Below are positions 1 to 14,778 of a stretch of 64,000 nucleotides of DNA, piece after piece. Each line of letters opens with the position of its first letter. Position 1 is the stretch's first letter. This stretch comes from Octopus vulgaris (Eukaryota): assembly GCA_951406725.2 (NCBI GenBank), contig OX597818.1, positions 71,796,001 to 71,860,000 of the forward strand. The letters are read 5' to 3'. The translations under genes were made by a program, and so were the position numbers. A model generated the notes under the pieces. The model did no database searches. It was not told the origin of the DNA and was given only the letters and a program-made list of their open reading frames with translations.

Positions 1-146
1 ATCGAGCAACTCGACCCCGGGACTTATTCTTTTGTAAGCCCAGTACTTATTCTATCGGTCTCTTTTGCCGAACCGCTAAGTAACGGGGACATAAATACAC
101 CAGCATCGGTTGTCGAGCAATGCTAGGGGGGACAAACACACACACG

Positions 147-179
<33 letters not shown>

Positions 180-238
180 ACGACGGGCTTCTTTCAGTTT
201 CCGTCTACCAAATCCACTCACAAGGCTTTGGTCAGCCC
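1..238 (-). mobile_element. SINE family A fragment (with internal (TA)n/(CA)n)
   Basis: Reverse complement of the body of the full copy at 22669-23127. Confidence 0.85.
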
Positions 239-374
239 CATATTAAATATAATATGTATATATGTATATATATATATTCATATATACATATACATCTATA
301 CATATACATGTATACATATTCATCTATATATATGCATATATACATACATATATATGTGCAGATTTATATACACC

Positions 375-448
<74 letters not shown>

Positions 449-1924
449 TATATGCATAATAGACACACACACACATATATATGTACGTATGTATGCATGT
501 ATATATGTAATGTGAAATAATAGTTTCATGCTTAACAGTTTCACTTTGTATATATCTCTATATATAATTATATATATATTGAAAGTATTAATAGTGAAAC
601 TATTAAAAGTGAAACTATTATCTTGCATTACAATAAAGATGTTATTGTTTCCTTTTTAACGCGTAATACCGAAACAGTATAAGAGATTGCTCTAGGCTCG
701 CATTGGGCAACAATTTGAAACTTTTGGGGCCCATGATACTCCATGGACCATAAGTGGTGTATGTGAAAAGCTGAATGAAATCGGTTGGGTAGTTCTGGAG
801 TTTTAGTAATGCTCACAGACAGACAGTCAGACAATCTTAGTTGTATATATATAGATATATATGTGTGTGTGTGTTAGTGTGTGTGTGTTTGTGTTTGTAT
901 GTGTATGTTTATATTTATGTATATATATATATATATATGCATTTATGAGTACACACATACTTTTATGCACCCACAACCGCACAACCACACATACACATAC
1001 AGGCACACAAACACATACAAGCACACATATACATACACACGCACACGCGCGCACACACGCACCCATACAGACATACCTCACCTTACGTCGGTAATTGTTT
1101 CCAAGATATGCAACTTAACCCGAAAAACGATACTAAAAACATTTCAGAAACATTATTAGATTTCATTAGCTTTAACAGATGGTTTGTACATAATTTTACA
1201 TGTATTTTATTTGAAATACTACTTCACTGTTGTTTTAGGTGTACATTAAATATGGTTGCTGAGTCTGGCGTAAAGTCGTATAAATCGACTGAAGTGGAAG
1301 TTCAGTTCCCATTAATTTCTTTTAAAAAATCGATGTTAGGTCGAAAAAGGCGTAACTCTAAACGACGTAAGTTGAGTTACGCTGGTGCATATATATACAT
1401 ACATACATACGCGCGCGCGCACACACACACACAAAGATAGAGAGAGAAAGAGAAAGAGAGATAGAGAGAGAGTTTCAACTGCAAAACATTTCTTTCATCT
1501 CATGCCGACTGAAAATTACAACATGATCGGTACTCTAAGATTATCACCCCTTCGAGCGATGCTAAGCAGCATTGATGCCACCAGGAAGCCCAGGAGATCT
1601 GGGCTTACAATGTACCACACAATCTCTTTCCTCTCCATGCATCCCCTACAGCAAACTTGATACTGCTTTATCTACGCAAACCTGTAGCTAATTTGTTTTG
1701 CTTCGCTGTCCACGTTGGTCTTGTTTTCTGCTTCTTTTACCAAGTCTTGAATTATGGTTTTGTTGTGCGTCCAAAGTTTGATTCCAAACCAATACGACTC
1801 AATAAATCTAGATAAAGACATATGGCATCCTACCTATATGCACATGTAGGTGGTTGATGTATGCATGCACGTATATACGCATGTATGCACGTTTGTACAC
1901 ACGAATGTGTATATATATATATAG

Positions 1925-2375
1925 TTTATTTTATTTACTAAAGCCTATTCCCCATAGGATTGGGTAGCCACAACAAAAAACATACCAGGCATTCCATTTA
2001 TTTCTCAGCTCAAAGAGACGAGCCCCGAACTACGCTTGGGTCAAGGCATAGAAAGCAACCCCCAATATCAGCAGCGGGACCCGACAGCATATGCTGGTTT
2101 ACCCCGCCGCATCATACTGGTTCCGTGGCAGCATCAATTCATTCATCTATCCGTAAACACTCTCCAAGTTTTCCCATCATTTACAAACTCTCTTGCCTTT
2201 CTCACTCCAATACCTCTAACCGCCAAAGTTTTCCTCACTCCATCCATCCACACAACCGAGGTCTACTGGTTCTGCTACGTACCACTTCTACCTTCATCAC
2301 ACTCCTTACCATCCTCTCCTCATCCGTCCTCTCCATATGGCCAAACTACGTCAACATTCGGCTACCCATTCTGGT
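1925..2375 (-). mobile_element. RTE-clade LINE 3' fragment, degenerate
   Basis: Minus strand reads '*FGHMERTDEERMVRSVMKVEVVRSRTSRPR', resembling the RTE C-terminal WFGH..RM...RGRP region. Confidence 0.6.
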
Positions 2376-2488
2376 ATACATACATACATACATACATACA
2401 TACATACATACATACATACATACATACATACATACATACATACATACATACATACATACATACGTACATACATACATACATACATACA

Positions 2489-2544
<56 letters not shown>

Positions 2545-2671
2545 CATATTGAAAAAAATATGATTATTTCTTTTCTACTATTGTGGTTGTTTGCATCCTC
2601 TGCAGTTGGTATTCATAGTGCAATTGGATGAAGACCCAAATAGAAATATAACAATACCAATATTGACAAAT

Positions 2672-2714
<43 letters not shown>

Positions 2715-3019
2715 GAAAACCACAAACATTAGATGACAGTCCACATTTCAAGCCCCACCACCAATCGTACACTATGTAGTTTAGTTATTTCTGACTTACA
2801 AAATTGCAGACCACACAGATCTTTGGTTTAAACTTCCAGATAAATAGTTATCTTGCCAGTGGGATGTTATCTTACCGACAGAATTTCCGTTTCAGTAAGA
2901 TCGAAGAGATGCGAACCTTACGGCAGTAGATCTTGTTTCTTTATAATGTAACACATGGTATACACACTGGTGTTAGGTGTTAGGAAAACTATTTTATTTT
3001 TGCATAGTATTATCTAGAG

Positions 3020-3274
3020 CAGTGGTTCTCAACCATATTTTGATTGTGGACCCCTTTTGACTCCTGTCTTACTCTACTGGATCCCCGATAGCCATTCAAT
3101 GTTTAAATAAGTCCTATTATATTTTTATGATTTAGTATTATTAGGAATTGTGTAAGATATTGTTGAAGCATTTTGTGCATTGAAGAAGTATAACCAATTT
3201 TATTGCACGTTTATTTTGAACAAAATCTCATATGGAGTCCCAAGGGTCATATGGGCCCCAGCTGAGAACCACTA
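3020..3274. mobile_element. hAT (Charlie-like) MITE
   Basis: TIRs CAGTGGTTCTCA / TGAGAACCACTA; 8-bp TSD ATCTAGAG at 3012-3019 and 3275-3282. Confidence 0.85.
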
Positions 3275-3282
3275 ATCTAGAG

Positions 3283-3780
3283 CTTCTCAATTATAATCTG
3301 GCGTTTAGCTACTATTGTCTAGGATTTACCAATTATTATCTATAGTTTGTCTATTATTATCTGATTATCTGGGTTTGCATGTTATCTAGAGTTTGCATAT
3401 TTTCATTATCTAGGGTTGAAGGCGGTGAGCAGGCAAAACTGCTGGCACGTTGGATAAAAAGCTTAGAAGATTTTCGCCCGTCTTTACTTTCTGAGTTCAA
3501 ATTTCGCTAAGGTCGACTTCGCTTTCATCTAGTTGGAGTAAAAAAAATAAGCACCAGTCGAGCACTGGGGTCGATGTAATCGACTAGCCTCCTCCACAAA
3601 AGTTTTAGCCTTGTATCTATAGAGGAAAGGATTATTACTGAAGGTTTGTCTATTATTTTATAGGGCATGTACTTTATTATCTAGGGTTTGCCTATTATTA
3701 TATAGGGTTTGTATATTATTGTTTTGGGGTTTCCTGTTATCTAAAATTTATATAGTATCTAGAGTTTGTGTAATATTTAC
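3283..3780. repeat. Degenerate ~20-23 bp minisatellite (TTATTATCTAGRGTTTG...), interrupted by a SINE
   Basis: Repeated 'ttatctagggtttg / tatctagagtttg' units. Confidence 0.6.
3419..3636 (+). mobile_element. SINE family B copy
   Basis: Starts AAGGCGGTGAGC; contains GAGTTCAAAT (B-box-like) and a GTCGACTTYGCTTTCATC...GGGGTCGAT body. Confidence 0.8.
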
Positions 3781-3784
3781 TGGT

Positions 3785-4000
3785 AAGGCTGCGTGCTAGC
3801 TGAATCGTTAGCATTCCGGGCAAAATGCTTAGAGGTATTTCGTCCGTCTTTACGTTCTGAGTTCAATTGCCACCGGGGTCGACTTTGCTTTTATCCTTTC
3901 GGGGTCGATAAAATACAGACTATCTGAGCATTGGGGCCGATTTAATCGTCTTAGTCCCTCCTCGGAAAAACTGGCGTTGTGCTAAAATTTGAAACTAATA
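3785..4000 (+). mobile_element. SINE family B copy
   Basis: Same head and body as 25426-25658, with the alternative tail ...AAAATTTGAAAC. Confidence 0.8.
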
Positions 4001-4016
4001 TATTATCTAGGCTAAT

Positions 4017-4560
4017 GTACATAGCAAAAAATTTTCAGCTGGTGGGTAGTGGAAATATTTCTACGCATTTTAAAAATTCCCACGTATTTTAGTAATTTAA
4101 ATGTATAAAAGAAGAGGGTGTGATCATCAATATTTCTGAAATTCACTGACATGGTATTGTCATTACCAAAGTATGTTCCAAGTTTATCTGAAGTAGCCGT
4201 CCTCAGCTTCCACTATGGCCTCAATATAGCTCTGGAACCTGGTGCATGCGTTCCTAACTGTGTTCCCAAGAAGGTCTTTGAGCAGCTTTTTCATCTTGGT
4301 CATCAGCTTGGTTCTGGCGTTGCAGGCAGAGTGGTTGGTGTCTTTTTCAGCTGTGCTCCACACATTCATGGGATTACAATCGGAGGAAAAAGGGAGGCCA
4401 GAAATTGGGGTTAGTGAAGTCGTAGAAAATTCTCCGACAACTACTTGTGACTCTTTCTGGAGGTATGGCAAGGAGCTGAATCCTGCTACCACACATAATG
4501 CCTTCCAGTATCAATCCTCTTCATCCAGGGTTTGACCACAGTTTCCAACAGTTTCATATA
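4017..4560 (-). mobile_element. Tc1/mariner-superfamily transposase 3' remnant (maT/DD37D-like)
   Basis: 'SSDCNPMNVWS...ACTRFQSYIEAIVEAEDGYF' resembles the SPDLNP..VW and C-terminal motifs. Confidence 0.65.
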
Positions 4561-4858
4561 GCCGTCTAAATTGAGTCTAATCTAATCCCCTGCTTATCAG
4601 TGTTGAATGAGCGCCGGTGGGCAAACACAATCAGTACGCGCAATCGCATAATTATATGTATGCATGTAGCTATGATAGAACAAAATTTGAACTGGCAGTT
4701 AGAGGGCATTAAATCAAGTGATAACATATTTATATAACATATTGAGGAGAGATCAATGTAGCTGGAAAGCAAGGAGATCGAAACAGTGAAACTGCATAAG
4801 TGATTCTGTATAGCAAGATACATATTACAAGCAGATCCGTGCATTCTACTTTCATATA

Positions 4859-6108
4859 TTAGGTTGTTTCACACGAAACGTCGTATTTGAGAGGTAACAA
4901 TAAAATGTTTCAGAAGTGTTAGAGAACTGATTTATTTAATCAAAGTATGATCCGTGTTCACTTATGACGTTTACTCAACATTTCTCTATGTCATATATTC
5001 CATCTTTAAAAAGAAAATTCATTTTTTGCTGTGATAAACTATCCGAATGCTTCAATTACGTCTTCTCTATTTAAGAATATTTTATTGCTTTTGAAAAGCT
5101 CAAAATGCTTGAATAAGTGATGATCATTAGGAGAGATATCAGGGGAATAAGGAGGATGTTGCAAAATCTCATAATTCAGGATTTGCAACTTTTGGGCCGT
5201 AGCTTCAGGAGTGCGGGGACGTGCATTGTCGTGGAGCAAAATTGGACCACCTCTATTCACTAGTCTGGGTTGCTTCATTTTCAAATTCTCATGCATGCAA
5301 TCAATTTACTGGCAATATGATGTACTGTTACCATTTTTCCTTGTTGCAAAAATAAATAATAAACTCCCTTTGCAGACCACCATACAGTGGCCACTAACTT
5401 TTTAGGGTGCAATGGTAAGTTTGGGTAGTGTTTAGGTGACTCTCCTGCATCTAATCACTGTCCTGTTCTCCTGCTGTTGTCAAAGAGCAAAGAGTATCTT
5501 TTCTCATCACAAGTAATGATTTGGTGCAAAAATCATCTTTTTCCAGTTTGGAAAGCAATAAGGACCAGATTCCGAGGCATACGTTATTTTAAATCTCGTT
5601 CAGTTGATGTGGAACAAACTTATCTGCTTTCTTGACTTTTCCAATTTTTTACAGGTGTCCAAAAACAGTTGTATGAGATGTTTGGAGTTCTGATGAAAGT
5701 TTTCGAATCTTTGTTCTCGGATTTTGTTCAATTAAAGCATTTAATCCATCATGCCGAATAACTAATTTTGGCCTGCCCCTTGGTTTATTTTCAAGGCTAT
5801 CATTTCCTGAACGAGAGATATGGAACCATCTCTGAACAGTTCTGATGTCAACAAAACCATTATCAAAAGTCCGCTTGATATTCCGTAGAGCTTCTGCGGC
5901 AGAGTGACCAAGTTTGTACTCAAACGAGAAAATCACTCAACATAGTTTGGTTGGAATCATAGTCATAAGGTCCGTGGGTACGAATTTTGTAATCCAATAT
6001 TGCTGGGAAAGAAAAAGAGTCAAGATTAAATGCAAGGTATATATAATGGAGTTTTTAAATGATTGAAATAACAAGTAATTAAAGATGCGACATTTCATAT
6101 GAATCAAC

Positions 6109-6112
<4 letters not shown>
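4859..6112 (-). mobile_element. Full-length decayed mariner transposon (~1.25 kb)
   Basis: Imperfect TIRs TTAGGTTG... / ...CAACCTAA with TA flanks. Transposase pieces: HTH region 5649-5936, and LLHDNARP and HPPYSPDISP at 5039-5296. Multiple stops and frameshifts. Confidence 0.92.
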
Positions 6113-6191
<79 letters not shown>

Positions 6192-6194
<3 letters not shown>

Positions 6195-7042
6195 GAATAA
6201 ATAAATAAATGGAGTTGAACGAAGATCTTAATAAGATTCTTTTACTTTCGACATATGTTTCGAAGACAAAATGGTTTTATTCCAAAGGAATAAACGGTGT
6301 AAAATGCAATCTTCTCATCAGGAAAGAAAGAGAGCCTCTCTCAACAACAAGACATTATAACAATTACGATGATTACCTACATGATATACAGAACGTTATT
6401 AAATATTTAAAAAAAACCGTTAGTAGATTTCACGTCAAAGGCAGATAGTGGGAAGAGAAGGGTTAAAGGAATAATAAGTAGAGAACAAATAGAGAGAGAT
6501 ACGTTGATTAAAAAAATGTTCAAAGGCTTAGAAATAGACTTCTCTATTGAAGTAAAGTGCAAGTTAAACTAATTGTTCAAACTATAAAGACTGGCGAAAT
6601 CACTTATATGAGTAAAATGTATGTTTCTGCCATTGTTTACATTTGTACGATCACTCTATAAATGTGTTTACAAGGGGATTCTTAGAGAAGAGAATATGGA
6701 TGAGTTCAGAGTTACAAATGTTACAAAATCTCTTGCCCTTATCGAAAGGAAAGGATACGAACAGGATGAACCAATCAAACTTAAAATCTCTATTGTTGTC
6801 TTTAAGATGCCAAACTAATTTACTTAGCCCTGTACTATGGCGTTTTTTGCTATCCCTAAATGATGAATAATGATTTGAAATTCTCTTGGATAACTGGGAA
6901 GTGGACGCGCCTATGTAGAAGAAGACATCAGTACCGGGAGAAATTTTACACTGGTATATAGAATTCTTGATCTTAGAATTATTAGACAAAAATTTAATTC
7001 TGCTGGGGTTGTCCTCAGAGATCGAAACCAAGTTTTTATTGC

Positions 7043-7122
<80 letters not shown>

Positions 7123-7860
7123 GAGGGGTTGGAATTAACGAGATTAATGTTGGAACTCCCAGATAAAGAACCTTTATTTAGCAGATTGGTATTGTGAGTA
7201 GATATAATTTGTGAGGGATTCTTAGTGTTGGAGAAAGCGACTCTAACTTTGTGAGAGTTGATAATCGAATAATATCTAGAATTTTTTGGTAAGTTCCTAG
7301 CAACCGCTTCACGGAACTGCAATGGAAGGTTCGATTTAATTTGTTTTCCAAATGGAATTACGAACCAGATACTTTTCCTAGTGACTTTTAAATTGTAAGT
7401 GAAATTATCTATAAAGGTAGGGGAAAAATTTCTTTGGTGGAAATTTGAGGTTAAATAACGCTTACCTCCCCTAGTCCGTAAAGAATTTATATTATGTATT
7501 GCGCTGCTTACACTATTAGAATTTAAAATCACTCTTACTATTACAACTAGGTATTTTGCCTTGAGAAGTAGATATAGGAGTATATTGAGCAGAATCAATG
7601 TATGACACTTTCTCTTTATAGCCAGCTTTTATCAAGGCGGCATTATAGAAGTCTGCCTTTTCGTTAAAAATGTCAACATTGGCGGATAATTTAGATAAAC
7701 TAAGTGAAATATCTTTAACTAAATTATTAGTAATTGCCTTAGCGTGATTATTGTAAAGACTAATATATTTGAGATTTGTGGAAGGTTTATGGTATGGGAA
7801 GTACGAGTTATTTTGTAAATTGAGAGTAATGTCTAAGAAGTTGGCTTTAGTTAACTCATA
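6192..7860 (-). mobile_element. Penelope-like element, 5'-truncated (RT thumb + GIY-YIG + 3' terminal repeat)
   Basis: NFLDITL..YHKP near 7790-7845; GIY-YIG 'NSIYQCKI...FYIGAST..SKRISNH'; in-frame poly-Asn from (TTA)n at 7043-7120. Confidence 0.85.
6245..6326 (-). ncRNA. Type I hammerhead ribozyme, minimal stem III
   Basis: CTTTC-CTGATGA-GAAGA...TCTTC-GAAAC-ATAT-GTC-GAAAG; all core nucleotides present, stems I and II pair. Confidence 0.85.
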
Positions 7861-10089
7861 GCCTTCTTGGCTAGTTAATGGGTTAACATTCCTGCTTCCA
7901 AAAAGTGAAGAAACAAATGAACCAAAAAACTATAGACCCATAACCTGCTTAACAGCTATGTATAAAACGCTAGCATCTATCCTGACGGAATATACCTATA
8001 GTTTTTTTTAACAGACAGCAGCATATTCCTAAATGAACAAAGATTGTCACAAACGACACAAAAACTTAGCAATAGCCTGGATAGACTATAAAAAGGCTTT
8101 TGATAGCCTACCACATAGCTAGATTAAGAAATGCCTGGAAATGTATAAAATAGCACCTACTCTGCGAAACTTTTTGTCTGTAAGTATGAGATCATGGAGA
8201 ACCACACTAACTTTGAACAGTGACAATGAATCTCTAAATGCTGGTGATGTAAAAATTTCATGTGGCATTTTCCAGGGTGACTCACTATCACCACTCCTCT
8301 TTTGTTTAGCCTTAATACCTCTCTCAAAATTGCTCAATGACGCGCAGTACGGATATAAAATGTTTGATAAAAATATAAATCATCTCATTTACATGGATGA
8401 TTTAAAGCTCTTTGCAAAAAATGACCAACAACTCAAGGGCTTACTAGCGATTGTTAAACAATTCAGTGATGACATCAGAATGTAATTTGGCCTCGATAAA
8501 TGTGCAAAAGCTACCTTTATCAAAGGAAAAATGACAGAAACATCTAACGTTAACCTTGACCAGCAGAATGTCATAAAAGAATTAGACCCAACGGAGAGCT
8601 ACAAGTACCTAGGGGTAATTGAAGGGGACGGAATAAGGCATTCAGTGATGAAGGAAAGGATCGGGAGAGAATGTTATCGCAGAGTAAGAGCAATACTCAA
8701 GACAGAGCTGAATGCGAGAAGCAGGATCGAAGCGATCAATGCTTTAGCCATACCAGTCGTGACTTACAGTTTCAATATCGTTAACTGGTCAATTACTGAA
8801 ATATGTAATCTTGACAGAAAAATACGAAAACTGTTCACAAGGCAGATGCAGAACGAGTTTATCTGCCAAGTAAAGAGGGAGGCCGTGGACTTTTACAACT
8901 GGCAATAACAATGAAGATTGCTACAATTGGCCTAGACACCTACCTGAAAAACTCTGAGGACTGGATGTTAAAACTTGTCTCAAAACATGAAAACAAGAAA
9001 GCATCATAGTCAGTAACAAAACAGGCAAAGGAGTATCTAAGTGAATTCCGAATACAACAAATTTCGGAATTAGACAAACAAGAAACAAGCATAGAAAAAG
9101 CTAAGCTCATGAAAACCCGTGCTAAAACTGCTGACTTAGATATTCTGAATGATAAATGGCAAGAAAAACCTCTCTATGGCAAATATCCAAAGAGAGCGAA
9201 TAATGCAGATGTTGACAAAGCCCTGACCCATCAATGGCTAATGGCCTCTGGCTTAAAATCTGAAACAGAAGGGTTTATCATAGCAGCTCAAGATCAATGC
9301 CTACCAACAAAGGAACTACCAGGCCAACATATTAAAGAACGGCAGTAGCCCAACATGTCGTATATGTCAACGACAAAATGAAACCATTGATCATGTTGTC
9401 TCCAAGTGTAGTCTTCCAGCGCCTACAGAGTATCTCAACAGGCATGATTGACCTGCACAATATATTCACTGGGTTATTTGCAAAAACCTGGATTTGTCCA
9501 ATGAAAAAAACTGGTGGGAACACAAACCACCTCCAATGCTTGAAAATGACCACATCTCACTCCTCTGGAACTTCACCATTCAAACTGACAGAAAGATAGA
9601 TGCAAATAAGCCAGACATCATATTGAAAAACTTCAGACAAAGAACATGCCTCCTCATTGATATGACTGTCCCGATCGATATAAACGTATCTGTTAAGACC
9701 TACCAAAAACTGAGCAAATATAAAGATCTTGAAATAGAAATCAGCAAAATGTGGAACCTGAAGACTAAAACAATACCTGTTGTCATAGTTGCCCTGGGAA
9801 TGATAGCAAAAGGGGCTGATTGCTACCTAACTCAGGTGCCAGGAAACCCCAAAATGGCAGAAATTCAAAAGATAGTGCTCATGGGAACTGCTGATATCCT
9901 ACGCAAAATACTTTCTATGTAATCTCAAGTTTTAAAACAAACATAGTTTTCGTTGTTTTTAGACATTCACTAGTACAACACTAAATACAAAACCAAATAT
10001 ATGGCACACTAGGCATAACAACATGAACTTCCAACCTGTTGTCTCTTGAGGTCTCTGGGTGAGACTTGGAGCCAACATGTACAAATATA
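7861..10089 (+). mobile_element. R4/Dong-clade non-LTR retrotransposon, 5'-truncated and disrupted
   Basis: NYRPITCL, GIFQGDSLSPLLF, YMDDLK, YKYLG; CCHC knuckle near 9355-9410; restriction-like endonuclease KPDI..IDMTVP..KLSKY; ends in (AAT)n. Confidence 0.9.
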
Positions 10090-10107
10090 AAGCAAAAGTC
10101 AAACATA

Positions 10108-10206
<99 letters not shown>

Positions 10207-10221
10207 TAATAATAATAATAA
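10089..10221. repeat. (AAT)n microsatellite
   Basis: Direct reading. Confidence 0.95.
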
Positions 10222-10777
10222 ATGCCCTGATGCAGTACCAGGCAGTGGCTCTCATGGCTTCTGATCTTAACTGATTGGAAGTGTTATCATGTACATTGTT
10301 TTGTCTTGGTATAAAAGATGGGCTACAGCAAATATTCTGCTCAATACCACAGATTTGCTTGTCAGTTGTTTGGCCTTAACCAGTTGAGCATGTCCCTTAG
10401 TGGCTGACGATATGTGCATCTCTGATCACGAGCAGAAGTAGTGGGGGAGCATCATGGCCATGTGTTGAGAGGGATTCTTTGGGGTTTGAATAATTCACCT
10501 CTGGAAACATAAGTGTTTCGTTCAACATCATAAAGCAACCCTTATTCAGGGACCTTTTGAGCAGGATGGGCTACTCAACCTGAAGAAAATTCTAACTGGG
10601 CTCCACCTGCAAGGTCATGTGCTGTTTATCTTGATATGAGATCACCATGTCGCGCACATATGGTTGTGATGCATGTGCCTGGTGTACCTTTATCAGACGG
10701 GTAGTCATGATGGGTATATTGGGCTTCGTATATTTTACCCCAGTGTCACTTTGATGGCATGAACTGCTCTCTCACTC

Positions 10778-10778
<1 letters not shown>
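10222..10778 (+). mobile_element. ~560-bp non-coding interspersed repeat ending in (AAT)n
   Basis: An inverted, diverged second copy lies at ~13000-13550. Confidence 0.8.
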
Positions 10779-11019
<241 letters not shown>

Positions 11020-11022
<3 letters not shown>

Positions 11023-12025
11023 AGCAATAAAAACTTGGTTTCGATCTCTGAGGACAACCCCAGCAGAATTAAATTTTTGTCTAATAATTCTAAGATCAAG
11101 AATTCTATATACCAGTGTAAAATCTTTTCTGGTACCGATGTCTTCTTCTACATAGGCGCGTCCACTTCCCAGTTATCCAAAAGAATTTCAAATCATTCAT
11201 TATTCATCATTTAGGGATAGCAAAAAACGCCATAGTACAGGGCTAAGTAAATTAGTTTGGCATCTTAAAGACAACAATAGAGATTTTAAGTTTGATTGGT
11301 TCATCCTGTTCGTATCCTTTCCTTTCGATAAGGGCAAGAGATTTTGTAACATTTGTAACTCTGAACTCATCCATATTCTCTTCTCTAAGAATCCCCTTGT
11401 AAACACACTTATAGAGCGATCGTGCAAATGTAAACACTGGCAGAAACATACATTTTACTCATATAAGTGATTTCGCCAGTCTTTATAGTTTGAACAATTA
11501 GTTTAACTTGCACTTTACTTCAATAGAGAAGTCTATTTCTAAGCCTTTGAACATTTTTTTAATCAACGTATCTCTCTCTATTTGTTCTCTACTTATAATC
11601 CTTTAACCCTTCTCTTCCCACTATCTGCCTTTGACGTGAAATCTACTAACGGTTTTTTAAAATACTTAATAACGTTCTGTATATTATATAGGCAGACATC
11701 GTAATTGTTATAATGTCTTGTTGTTAAGAGAGGCTCTCCTTCTTTCTGATGAGAAGATTGCATTTTACACCGTTTATTCCTTTGGAATAAAACCATGTTG
11801 TCTTCGAAATATATGTCGAAAGTAAAAGAATTTTATTAAGATCTTCGTTCAACTCCATTTATTTATTTATTCATTTATAACACACAAATTACTGCACATT
11901 AACCTGGAGTTTCTACCTTTGGATAGGTAGCTTCAGCCGTGTTTTTGACGTGAAGTTGCTACCCTGGTAACGGTTCACTGAATTTTTCATGTTAACGGTA
12001 AACATAGGATAATTCATTCACCCTT

Positions 12026-12028
<3 letters not shown>
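11020..12028 (+). mobile_element. Penelope-like element 3' part (GIY-YIG + terminal repeat + tail)
   Basis: Near-identical inverted copy of 6192-7045 plus ~150 bp of extra tail; ends in (TA)n. Confidence 0.85.
11741..11822 (+). ncRNA. Type I hammerhead ribozyme (slightly decayed copy of 6245-6326)
   Basis: CTGATGA-GAAGA...TCTTC-GAAAT-ATAT-GTC-GAAAG. Confidence 0.7.
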
Positions 12029-12114
<86 letters not shown>

Positions 12115-12189
12115 TATCTATGTATATTAAGACAAAACTGATTATTCCACGAATCAAAATCTCTATCACTCTCTAACGGTATTACAAAT

Positions 12190-12430
12190 TCTTATAAAAC
12201 CTAATCCACAATACATCCAATAAAATCAACAACGAGGCATCAACTAAAATTACACGAATGAACTAAAATTAAATGCTGATTGGCGTAGTCCATACATAAC
12301 AGTAAAAGATCATAAGGTAAACATCAATACAAACCCTAAATGTGAGTTAATAAAACATAGCATAGCATAGCAATTTCTTACAAATCAAACAAACTGCATA
12401 TCTCTATGGAACACTAGTGTCAATTATACT
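12190..12430 (+). mobile_element. Highly decayed Penelope-like RT N-terminal remnant
   Basis: 'PYITVKDHKVNINTNPKCELI' resembles the PLE motif YITLKDHK....P.CRLI. Confidence 0.45.
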
Positions 12431-12999
12431 TTGTTGAATCTCGTGGATATATTGTTATCTTTGGTTTAGTCAGAGAATGGTCTACTTCATTTTATTGCAT
12501 ATTTTCTTATTTCTCTCCGTCTATTATTTATGTATTCGTTACCTCACATTTTCTTATTCACTATCATATCGAGAACATATTTTTTCATTAGGTACCGTTA
12601 TCTTTCGTTAGTGTACAACTATTAACAAATGAAGATTTGTTCAAACTTTACCAATGTAGTCATTTAGTAGTAGAATATCATCACAGATAGATTATGTCTT
12701 TAATTTCATTCTATAGTTAAGAGTGTTCACTTCTTGATGTAAAGTGAAAAATAATAGATAACAACTCTCAGAAGAGGTGACAAGTATATAACAAGGGATA
12801 TAGCTTTCAGAGATGTGGTTTCCTAAGATTAGACATACAATACTATATAGGTGGACTTGTACAACCTAATGAATCGTATATTTCAAACAAAATACAATTT
12901 CAAAGGAATTATTTATTCCATGGCTTTCTATCAACTTCTAACCATCTTACATCTTTCAAAATAGCTATGGAATTTCCGGGTATTTATTATTATAATTAT

Positions 13000-13550
13000 T
13001 GAGAGGGCAGCGCATGCCATCAAAGCGACACTGGGGTAAAATATACGAAGCCCAATACACCCATGATGATTACCCGTCTGATAAGGGTACACTAGGCAAT
13101 TGCATCACAACCATATGTGCGTGACATGGTGATTTCACATCAAGATAAACAGCGCATGACCTTGCTGGTGGGGCCCATTTAGAATTTTCTTCAGGTCGAG
13201 TAGCCCATCTCATTCAGAAGGTCCCTGAATAACGTTTGTTGAAGGATGATAAATGAAACACCTGTGTTTCCAAAGGCGAATTATTCAACCCCCAAAGAAT
13301 TCCTCTCAACACATAGCTATGATGCTCCCAAAATACTTCTGTTCGTGATCAGAGATGTACACATCATCAGCTACTAAGAGACATGCTCAACTGGTTAAGG
13401 TCAAGCAACTGACAAGCAAATCTGTGGTATTGAGCAGAATATTTGCTATAGTTCATCTTTTATACCAAGACAAAACATGTACATGATAACACTTCCAATC
13501 AACTAAGATCAAAAGCCATGGAAACCACTGCCTGATACAGCATCAGTGCA
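13000..13550 (-). mobile_element. Second copy of the ~560-bp repeat
   Basis: Reverse complement of 10222-10778; short (TTA)n at its 3' end (12983-13000). Confidence 0.8.
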
Positions 13551-14045
13551 AATCCAGTACCCAAGATACACGTTCAGCTTTATGCCTATTATTATTGCAG
13601 CAACATGATACACACTAACCCGTCTGGAGTAAAGTATGGCTGAACTTGGAATCTTGGAGAGAAAATGCAAATCCTTAATTCATATGCTACAAATGGTCAC
13701 GATATCTGGGATTATAAAAATTTGTTACACTTTCTCAAGATTTAAAAAATGATGGTTAAAAGAAGATATTTTCCCCCACGCCGGTCAAAATTTACTCTAA
13801 AGTTAAAAAAGAGAGCATACATGTATACATACATGGTGGCTGCCCCCTTGTATGGCCATTGCACGAAGCTTAATCAATGTTGTTATCGTGCATTGCCTGT
13901 GCAAGAAGATTTTTTTTAAAGTGAGGAAAGGCTGTGCACTGAGTTAATCCCACTCACTAAGCAACAGCAGCCATAATCCGAAAAGATGAACAAGTCAACA
14001 TCATCGGTAACCACTGAGGCGCAGGTTTTATGTCGGAGTTACCTT

Positions 14046-14600
14046 CATACATACATACATACATACATACATACATACATACATACATACATACATACAT
14101 ACATACATACATGCATACATACATACATACATACATACATACATACATACATACATACATGCATACATACATACATATATGAATGCATACATATATACAT
14201 GCATACATACATACATGAATGCATGCATACATACACACACTTACATAGATATAGATATTTACGTGTGTGCACGCAAACGTGAATACGTCTGTCTATGTAG
14301 ATTTCTTCAAATATACACACAAACACACACACTTATAAAGAAATGTACATGTCTATATCTGTCTATCTGTATGTATGTACGCATGTATGTATGTATGTAT
14401 GTGTGTATGTTATATATACACACACATAAATGCACACACATATGTATATGTATGCATGTATGTATAGATGTATGCATGCTTGTATGTATAAATGTATCTA
14501 TGTCTCTCTGTATGTGTTTGTATGTGAGTGTATGCGTGCGTATGTTTGTGTGTTTGTGCATGCCTGTATGTTATACATCTATAAACAAGGTACATGTATT

Positions 14601-14685
<85 letters not shown>

Positions 14686-14730
14686 TTATCTATCTGTCTG
14701 TCTGTCTGTCTGTCTGTCTATATAGATGTG

Positions 14731-14778
<48 letters not shown>

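Noticed and set aside
110-1159. Numerous YI/HT/CV-rich ORFs here and throughout the window
   Set aside because: They are translations of (TA)n, (CA)n, (CATA)n and similar microsatellites, which lack stops in some frames.
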